This document shows, piece by piece, positions 16,166 to 22,344 of a DNA stretch of 22,344 bases. The position numbers and the translations under genes are program-made. Location: assembly GCA_043819135.1 (NCBI GenBank), contig JBDRFG010000064.1, positions 1 to 22,344 of the forward strand, written 5' to 3'. Source of the DNA: Candidatus Eiseniibacteriota bacterium. GTDB lineage: Bacteria > Joyebacterota > Joyebacteria > Joyebacterales > Joyebacteraceae. Within the stretch, counting starts at the first letter, position 1. Each line of letters starts with the position of its first letter. The notes beneath the pieces were generated by a model. It searched no databases. It saw only the letters and a program-made list of their open reading frames with translations, and had not been told where the DNA came from.

Positions 16166-17623
16166 ATGTCCGCTGAACCCTCACGAACAGGAAGCCTGCC
16201 TGCCATTCTGCTGCTCCTCATCGCGTCGACGGGGACTCCCGCTGTCGCCATGGACGCCCGGACCGAGGACGCGCTCCTCAAGATAGAGGCCGTCCTCGAG
16301 ATGGCCGAGTTCAGCGATGACCTCTGGCCGTCCTGGGACATCTCCGAGACGCCGTTCGCGGTGCGCGGCCCCGACAGCAGCTGCTACCTCATCAACCACC
16401 CGCGACCACCGGCACACTTCCAGCGAGTCAGGGAGAAATCGTCGCTCCGCACGGCCGTCTATCGCGCGGAAGCGTGGGACGTACCACCTGGTGAGATCTG
16501 TCTCGTTGAGGGTGTTTCCACGGCGGTGCTCGGTCTCCGGGGGCTGGCGGGGGAGGTGGTCCCGTTGGCGTTCGAGGCATCGTTCCGGGCGCACGGCGCG
16601 GAAGCCTGTGCGGGGAAGATGGAGCCGATATATCTCATGTCGGGCTACCCCGTGGACGCCTGGAACCTTGTCCTCGCGGACATCGAGTGCCGTCTTCTTC
16701 ACAGAGTGGCTCTCGCGCCCGATGATTCGCTCGCCCTGTGCGTTCGCGAGTTCGTGAGCGTGCGGCGGCACCGCCGTCTGAGGATGGGCGGACGCTACGG
16801 TGAGTTCGAGCGCCGGATCGAGTTCAGCGAAGGAATTCCGGCGTACCTGGCGGAGCGGTGCAGGCGGGAGGCGGAGCCACATCTGGGCGGCAGGTTCGGC
16901 CCGCGTCTCAGTGACGCTCTCGGAGAGCCGGGCGCCCTCGAGCGGTGCTTTCCCGAGTCCCCGGGTCTCGACTGGTATCGTGGCGAGCGCTTCCGGTGGA
17001 CGGGCGCCGTGCTCTGCGGCGTGATGGACCGATTCGACCCCGACTGGAAGACGGAGGTGATGCTCGACTGCGCCGATCCGTTCGAGATCATGTTGCGGCA
17101 AGTGAAGGGTCGTTTGCCGCCGGTCCGCAGTGTGCTCGACCGATTCGGGTACGATGAACTCGTGGCCGGCATGACCACCACGATCGAGGAGTCCAAGAGC
17201 AACGCTGAGCGTCTCTTTGAGGGCATCGTGCGGAGCGGCGGCCCGACCCTGTCAGTCAGCACACATCTGCTCGCAGGCGGGGAGATCAGTTTCGACCCGT
17301 CGCGGATAGAGAGGGTCGACGCACATCGGGAGGTGCACACCGGTTTCCTCAAGATCGAGTACTCGGGGGGCACGCACCTCTACGCAATTGGGATTCCGGC
17401 CGCCGTCATCCTCGGGGATGACGAGTTCGACGTCCGCACGGTGATCATGACTGCTCCGAAGGAATGCGCGATCGTGCTGGACGGGGAGGAGTTCGAGGTC
17501 AGGAACGGCGTCCACGAGTTCACCCGGTCACTGTCGGTCGCCGCGGAGGGCCTCTCTCTGGAGGCCATGTCCGGCACCGTCATGGTGGGAGCGAGTGGAG
17601 TCTCGTTCATCCTGTTTCGATAG
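16166..17623 (+). CDS. Hypothetical exported protein, possible degenerate gluzincin-like fold
   Basis: GGGAGG RBS, own promoter, signal peptide (LPAILLLLIASTGTPAVA); contains E.SEGIPAYLAE but no HExxH. Confidence 0.75.
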   Translation: MSAEPSRTGSLPAILLLLIASTGTPAVAMDARTEDALLKIEAVLEMAEFSDDLWPSWDISETPFAVRGPDSSCYLINHPRPPAHFQRVREKSSLRTAVYRAEAWDVPPGEICLVEGVSTAVLGLRGLAGEVVPLAFEASFRAHGAEACAGKMEPIYLMSGYPVDAWNLVLADIECRLLHRVALAPDDSLALCVREFVSVRRHRRLRMGGRYGEFERRIEFSEGIPAYLAERCRREAEPHLGGRFGPRLSDALGEPGALERCFPESPGLDWYRGERFRWTGAVLCGVMDRFDPDWKTEVMLDCADPFEIMLRQVKGRLPPVRSVLDRFGYDELVAGMTTTIEESKSNAERLFEGIVRSGGPTLSVSTHLLAGGEISFDPSRIERVDAHREVHTGFLKIEYSGGTHLYAIGIPAAVILGDDEFDVRTVIMTAPKECAIVLDGEEFEVRNGVHEFTRSLSVAAEGLSLEAMSGTVMVGASGVSFILFR

Positions 17624-17629
17624 GACCAC

Positions 17630-17659
17630 CGCCGCGCGCCTTCCGTGGGGGGCGCGGCG
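17630..17659. terminator. Hairpin between convergent genes
   Basis: CGCCGCGC (17630-17637) / GCGCGGCG (17652-17659); no downstream U-tract. Confidence 0.35.
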
Positions 17660-17677
17660 CAAACAACTCCGACCCTC

Positions 17678-18382
17678 TTACCTGTCCGTTTCGTACATGT
17701 TCTTGATCGTCGTCCAGGCCACCGTCTCATCCCGCGGCACGAGCTGGCACTCGAACGTCGCGTAGGCGCTGAGGTTTCCCGGCAGGTCGAGGTCGCGCAT
17801 GTCCGTCCATCCCTTTCCGCGGTCGTTCCATGACTGCAGGGCCTCGCACGCGCCGGGGGCCGCGACCATGGCGGGAAGCTCATCGCACGTGTCGAGGAAC
17901 CGGAGGGTCGCGAAGCACGGCCCGTCGATCCTTGGTGAGTCGAGGGGCATGGCCACCGTCACGGCCCAGAGCCCGGCCGGCCTGAACGGTCCGACCGTCT
18001 TCTGCTCGGAGACGGCCACAAGACGTCCCTGCTCGTGCCTTCCCGGGCCCGCCGGGTCCGCCTCATGGATCTCCGCCTGCACGGTCAAGACGCAGTCGTT
18101 CTTCTCCTCCCAGTAGAGGTACATCGTGACACTGACGGGCTGCCATCCGCCCTCGCACCCGCCGCACTCGGCCGGACCACAGAAGACCCTGTATGATTCG
18201 TGGCCGGTGAAGCGGTCCTCGAGTGTCCAGTAGTAGTTCGTCTGCCCGTTCTTGCAGACGTCTCCAGGCTGACTGAGTGCAACGGAACCCGGCAGCTCGC
18301 CGGACGGGGCGCCGTGAGAGGCGACAGCCGGCGCGCAGACCACCAGAAACGCGATCGCGATCAGTATCTTCGTCGATGTCAT
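17678..18382 (-). CDS. Hypothetical exported Cys-rich protein with C-terminal W-x-x-I-K-x-x-Y tail
   Basis: Signal peptide MTSTKILIAIAFLVVCAPAVA; several Cys (CGPAECGGC); ends ETVAWTTIKNMYETDR. Confidence 0.78.
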   Translation of the reverse strand: MTSTKILIAIAFLVVCAPAVASHGAPSGELPGSVALSQPGDVCKNGQTNYYWTLEDRFTGHESYRVFCGPAECGGCEGGWQPVSVTMYLYWEEKNDCVLTVQAEIHEADPAGPGRHEQGRLVAVSEQKTVGPFRPAGLWAVTVAMPLDSPRIDGPCFATLRFLDTCDELPAMVAAPGACEALQSWNDRGKGWTDMRDLDLPGNLSAYATFECQLVPRDETVAWTTIKNMYETDR

Positions 18383-18605
18383 TATGCAGTACCCCCGGGT
18401 GGTGGTCTCGGTCCCGGCTGATCGTCGCGGACGCGCACGCCGCGGTGGAACAAGCCGTTCTCAGTGAAGGCGCACGACGCCGCGAGCGAGGGGCAGGATG
18501 CCCCCGCGGGACGGGTGCCGATTGCGTGATTGCGCTCGGGGTTGAAGTGCATGTACCGTTCCTCTTGGCATTGTTGCAGGCGGAATCTGAAGGGAGAGCG
18601 CGGCC

Positions 18606-19565
18606 ATGGCGGCTCCGGCGTTCGTTTCGCTGGCCGAGAGCGGAGAACTCGAGAAACGGGCGGCCGCAGCGAGGGAATCGCTCGCTGCGTGCAGGCTCTG
18701 CCCGCGGGAGTGCGGCGTGGACCGGCTTGCGGGCGAACTCGGGTACTGCGGGGCCGGGCAGGCCGCCAGGGTCTACCGGCACATGCCGCACCCCGGAGAG
18801 GAACCACCGATCTCCGGAACTCACGGTTCCGGGACCATCTTCTGGAGCCACTGCACGATGTCGTGCTGCTTTTGTCAGAACTACCGCATGAGCCAGCATG
18901 GCGACGGAGCCGACCGCACGATCGGGGAACTCGCTGCGATGATGAGCCGGTTGCGGGACGCCGGGTGCCACAACATCAACCACGTCTCTCCGACGCAGTT
19001 CCTTCCGCACGTGCTCGAGTCCCTCGTGCTTGCCTGGCGCCGCGGCCTCCTGCTGCCCACGGTCTGGAACACCTCCGGTTACGAGTCCGAGTTCGCGCTC
19101 GAACTCCTGGACGGGGTCGTCGACATCTACCTCTCCGATATTCGATACTCCTCAGACGAGGCGGCGAGGGACTACTCCGACGCCCACGACTACGTACCCG
19201 TCAGCCGGACGGCCCTGGTCGAGATGCACCGTCAGGTGGGAGATCTCATCTGCGACCGGCGTGGCGTGGCCGAGAGAGGACTCATCGTGCGGCATCTGGT
19301 TCTGCCCAACGGGCGCGCGGGCACGCGCGATGCGATGCGCTTCATTGCCCGGGAGCTTGGAGCGAGGACGCACGTTAGCCTCATGGCGCAGTACTACCCG
19401 GCCTCCCGCGCTCGGGAGTTCCCCGAGCTGGCGCGGAGGATCACACGCGAGGAATGGGCGGACGCCCGGGACTATCTGGCGAGCGCCGGGCTCGAACACG
19501 GATGGGTGCAGCAGTACCCCGCGGATCTGTCACCGATAGCAGGCACGGAAATCACGTCGGATTAG
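18606..19565 (+). CDS. Radical SAM protein, PflX-like (putative PFL-activating enzyme family)
   Basis: N-terminal CRLCPRECGVDR...GYC; GEEPPISGTHGSGTIF; CxxxCxxC (CTMSCCFCQN); GCHNINHVSPT; VDIYLSD; GLIVRHLVLPN; SLMAQYYP. Confidence 0.92.
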   Translation: MAAPAFVSLAESGELEKRAAAARESLAACRLCPRECGVDRLAGELGYCGAGQAARVYRHMPHPGEEPPISGTHGSGTIFWSHCTMSCCFCQNYRMSQHGDGADRTIGELAAMMSRLRDAGCHNINHVSPTQFLPHVLESLVLAWRRGLLLPTVWNTSGYESEFALELLDGVVDIYLSDIRYSSDEAARDYSDAHDYVPVSRTALVEMHRQVGDLICDRRGVAERGLIVRHLVLPNGRAGTRDAMRFIARELGARTHVSLMAQYYPASRAREFPELARRITREEWADARDYLASAGLEHGWVQQYPADLSPIAGTEITSD

Positions 19566-19666
19566 CCGGTCCGGCCGGTGTGACGCCGCAATATCGCCGC
19601 GGGGAGGGCCCAGTTGGCCCGGGGGCGACCCGGCTGTTGGAAATGTGTCGGAGTGCCCGGTTCCGG

Positions 19667-19695
19667 TTGACACGAGAGGGGTCTCGGAACATACT
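19667..19695 (+). promoter_or_regulatory. Sigma70 promoter for DUF4912-GH57, with a palindrome in the spacer
   Basis: TTGACA (19667-19672), 17-nt spacer, CATACT (19690-19695); spacer contains CGAGA-gggg-TCTCG. Confidence 0.65.
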
Positions 19696-19777
19696 GAGCC
19701 CATTGTTCGATGGTCCGAAGGTGGGCGTGTGGTGGACGTCTCACACGCGCAGAAGCCGCTTCGCGGCAAGGTGCAAG

Positions 19778-20701
19778 GTGAACAAGAGCGAGCTGTCCGG
19801 AAAGACCGTCCAGGAGCTGAAGGCGCTGGTGAAGGCCTCGGGGCTCAAGGGTTTCGCCACCCTCAGGAAGGCCGAACTGGTCGACCTGCTGGCCACGTCC
19901 GGGTCCGGCCGTGCCGATTCGCGAACGCCCGAGAGGGCCACGGGGAAGAAGGTGGCCGGGAAGGACGCCGGGAAGAAGCCCGTGAAGGACGCCGGGAAGA
20001 AGCCCGCGACGGACGCCAGCAAGAAGGCGGCCGGGACGCGGAAGGCCTCGAGTGAGCCGGCCTTGGCGCGCGCGGCGGACCGCGAGGAGCAGACGGGCCG
20101 CGGGCTCGCACCTCGCACTCGCAGGGCGTTCTCCATCTACCGGACCATGGGCGAGGAGCGGATCAAGGCCAGCAAGTACTACCTGGGCGCCCAGGAAGCC
20201 TCCGATATAGATGACGGGTTCACGTTCCCGCAGACTTACGGGGAAGACCTCGCTGTCCTGATGGTGCGCGATCCGTACTGGCTCTTCGCGTACTGGGAGT
20301 TCTCGCCGGACCTCAACGACAATCTTATCGCGAGGCTGGGCGAGGAGACGCTGCGGAACAGCAGGCTCGTTCTGCGCGTCTACGATGTGACGGGCACCGA
20401 CGCGGACAACCCCCTCGGGTATCACGACATAGACGTCGCCCCGGGCGCGCGCGACTGGTATATCAACGTCACGCACGTGGAGAGCGACTACTGCATCGAT
20501 ATCGGCCTGATCCTTCCGGACGGGTCGTTCGTGGTCATCGCCAGGTCCAACCGCGTGTCGCTTCCGCCCATCGGCCCGTCCGCCGAGGTTGACGAGCAAT
20601 GGGTCACTCTCGAGTCGCTCGGAGAGATCTACTCGATCGATGAGCGCGGCCCCACATCCGGCTCCGGAGGATGGGGCTCCGGCGGGTGGGGGCAAGGTTG
20701 A
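19778..20701 (+). CDS. DUF4912 domain protein with N-terminal Rho_N-like helical domain
   Basis: GTG 19778; ELSGKTVQELKALVK..GLKGFATLRKAELVDLL (Rho_N-like); FPQTYGED..VLMVRDPYWLFAYWE...LRVYDVT...WYI...IARSNRVSLP (DUF4912). Confidence 0.88.
   Translation: MNKSELSGKTVQELKALVKASGLKGFATLRKAELVDLLATSGSGRADSRTPERATGKKVAGKDAGKKPVKDAGKKPATDASKKAAGTRKASSEPALARAADREEQTGRGLAPRTRRAFSIYRTMGEERIKASKYYLGAQEASDIDDGFTFPQTYGEDLAVLMVRDPYWLFAYWEFSPDLNDNLIARLGEETLRNSRLVLRVYDVTGTDADNPLGYHDIDVAPGARDWYINVTHVESDYCIDIGLILPDGSFVVIARSNRVSLPPIGPSAEVDEQWVTLESLGEIYSIDERGPTSGSGGWGSGGWGQG
19961..20032 (+). repeat. 24-bp in-frame tandem repeat (3 copies) encoding KDAGKKPV / KDAGKKPA / TDASKKAA
   Basis: aaggacgccgggaagaagcccgtg / aaggacgccgggaagaagcccgcg / acggacgccagcaagaaggcggcc. 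Confidence 0.85.
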
Positions 20702-20760
20702 GACGTTCGAAGCGCGCCTCCGCCGGCGATTCGTTCATTCCCTGACAGAACGGGAGCACC

Positions 20761-22344
20761 ATGGAAAAGGGCTATCTGAGCCTCGTTCTGCATGCTCACC
20801 TGCCTTACGTCAGGCATCCCGAGTACCAGAGCTTCCTCGAGGAGGACTGGTTCTTCGAGGCCGTCACCGAGACGTACATTCCGCTCATCCGTGCCTTCCA
20901 GAGGCTGACGGATGACGGCGTAGACTTCAGGTTGACGATGTCGCTCTCTCCTCCGCTCGTCGCGATGCTGCAGGATCCGCTGCTCCAGGAACGCTACGTC
21001 GCGCACGTCTCGCGCCTCGTCGAACTCGCGGAGAGCGAGGTCGAGAGGAACCGGAAGAGCCCCAGGCTGCGCGCGCTCGCGGAGATGTATCACGGTCTCT
21101 TCTCCGACTGCAGGCGAATCTTCACGGAGGAATACGGTCTGGACCTTGTCCAGGCCTTCCGGGCGTTCCGCGACGCGGGGAAGCTGGACCTCGTCACCTG
21201 CGGCGCCACGCACGGCTACCTGCCTTTGATGGAGCAGTTTCCGGCCGCCGTCCGCGCCCAGATACGACTGGCGGTCGAGAGCCACAGGAACTCGCTGGGC
21301 AGTTCCCCCGCCGGCATCTGGCTGCCGGAGTGCGGCTACTTCGCGGGTGTCGACGAGTACCTGGCAGAGCAGGGCATCCGCTACACGTTCGTGGACACAC
21401 ACGGCATTCTTCACGCGGCCCCCAAGCCGAAGTTCGGGCCGTACTCGCCCGTCGTCACGCCCGCGGGAGTCGCGGTCTTCGGACGGGACTTCGAGTCGTC
21501 CAAGCAGGTGTGGAGTTCGAAGGAAGGCTACCCGGGAGATCCCTGCTACCGGGACTTCTACAAGGACTACTCGTACGAACTCGACCTCGACTACATAAGG
21601 CCGTTTCTGGGACACGACGGCATTCGCAAGGCGCTCGGACTCAAGTTCTACAGGATCACCGGTGACACCGACGACAAGGAGCTGTACGAACCCGAGGTCG
21701 CGCGCGAGCGGGTCGTCGAGCACGCCGCCAACTTCCTGTTCAATCGCGAGCAGCAGATCGAGCACCTTCACGGGGTCATGGGGAAGCGGCCCATTGTCAT
21801 CGCGCCCTACGACGCCGAGCTCTTCGGCCACTGGTGGTTCGAAGGTCCGATGTGGCTCGAGGCGTTCTTCAGGAAGGTGCACGAGGTTCAGGGCTCCGTG
21901 AGGACGTGCACGCCCATGGACTACCTGGGGAGCGAGGGGCCGTTCCAGACCGCACGACCGTTTCACTCCAGCTGGGGCTACAGGGGGTACAGTGAAGTCT
22001 GGCTGAACAGCTCGAACCACTACGTCTACCCTCATCTCCATCGGGCCGCCGCGCGGATGACCGAACTCGCAAAGTTGCACCCGCACGCCGAAGGCCTGAG
22101 ACTGCGCGCCCTGAACCAGGCCGCGCGCGAACTCCTGCTGGCTCAGGCCAGCGACGGGGCCTTCATCATAAAGACCGGCACCATGGACGACTACGCGCAC
22201 AAGCGCACCCGCGCGCACGTGTCGAGATTCACGAGGCTCTACGAGGACATCAAGGCCAACCGGATCGACGAGAAGTTCCTGGGCGAGATCGAGTGGCGCG
22301 ACCACATCTTCCAGTGGATCGACTACCGCATCTACGCTGACGAC
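20761..22344 (+). CDS. GH57 1,4-alpha-glucan branching enzyme (DUF1957 C-terminus); stop lies just beyond the window
   Basis: Absent from the ORF track because it has no stop in the window. GGGAG RBS; MEKGYLSLVLHAHLPYVRHP, EDWFFEAVTETYIPL, ATHGYLP, GIWLPECGY (nucleophile E), VWS...GYPGD..YRDFY, APYDAELFGHWWFEGP (acid/base D), SSWG..GY.EVWLN. Confidence 0.95.
   Translation, partial: MEKGYLSLVLHAHLPYVRHPEYQSFLEEDWFFEAVTETYIPLIRAFQRLTDDGVDFRLTMSLSPPLVAMLQDPLLQERYVAHVSRLVELAESEVERNRKSPRLRALAEMYHGLFSDCRRIFTEEYGLDLVQAFRAFRDAGKLDLVTCGATHGYLPLMEQFPAAVRAQIRLAVESHRNSLGSSPAGIWLPECGYFAGVDEYLAEQGIRYTFVDTHGILHAAPKPKFGPYSPVVTPAGVAVFGRDFESSKQVWSSKEGYPGDPCYRDFYKDYSYELDLDYIRPFLGHDGIRKALGLKFYRITGDTDDKELYEPEVARERVVEHAANFLFNREQQIEHLHGVMGKRPIVIAPYDAELFGHWWFEGPMWLEAFFRKVHEVQGSVRTCTPMDYLGSEGPFQTARPFHSSWGYRGYSEVWLNSSNHYVYPHLHRAAARMTELAKLHPHAEGLRLRALNQAARELLLAQASDGAFIIKTGTMDDYAHKRTRAHVSRFTRLYEDIKANRIDEKFLGEIEWRDHIFQWIDYRIYADD

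Noticed and set aside
18383..18605. 223-bp divergent intergenic region as possible ncRNA, riboswitch or sigma54 promoter (TTGGCATTGTTGCA)
   Set aside because: GG-to-GC spacing is 7 rather than 10 nt; no recognisable RNA family motif. ORFs crossing it (18382-18807, 18277-18891) look spurious.
19454..19777. 108-codon N-terminal extension of the DUF4912 ORF in the ORF track
   Set aside because: Overlaps the radical SAM gene and spans the predicted promoter; the recognisable Rho_N-like sequence begins at GTG 19778.
20629..22305. 558-aa minus-strand ORF
   Set aside because: Antisense shadow of the GH57 gene on the + strand.
1..22344. CRISPR arrays, tRNA/rRNA, transposases, integrases, phage or defence genes
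   Set aside because: No repeat-spacer pattern, RNA gene signature or mobile/defence protein motif seen; composition looks uniform by eye. The amidase is T7-lysozyme-like but sits coupled to dacB with no phage context.

Overview
High-GC bacterial chromosomal window with about 18 genes and no mobile element, RNA gene or CRISPR array. A FlgD-Ig-tailed M1 peptidase and a 'W-x-x-I-K-x-x-Y'-tailed secreted protein suggest an FCB-group candidate phylum such as Eisenbacteria or Krumholzibacteriota (inference). Gene order: partial acetyl-CoA hydrolase/CoA-transferase (-); a tightly coupled + strand run of MATE transporter, PfkB kinase, HAD phosphatase, Amidase_2, DacB, LytS-type histidine kinase and LytTR regulator; a promoter with 21-bp-spaced direct repeats; a bactofilin-like beta-helix membrane protein; a SpoIIE/PP2C phosphatase; a secreted hypothetical; a LolA-like/double aspartyl protease/PDZ protein; M1 aminopeptidase (-); two secreted hypotheticals; a PflX-like radical SAM protein; a Rho_N-DUF4912 protein; and a partial GH57 branching enzyme. 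The main observation is that the histidine kinase and the PP2C phosphatase carry the same ~127-aa four-helix membrane input domain (71/127 identical, gapless, hand-aligned). They flank a probably LytTR-controlled bactofilin-like membrane protein, which suggests an undescribed envelope signalling module coupling His-Asp and Ser/Thr signalling.
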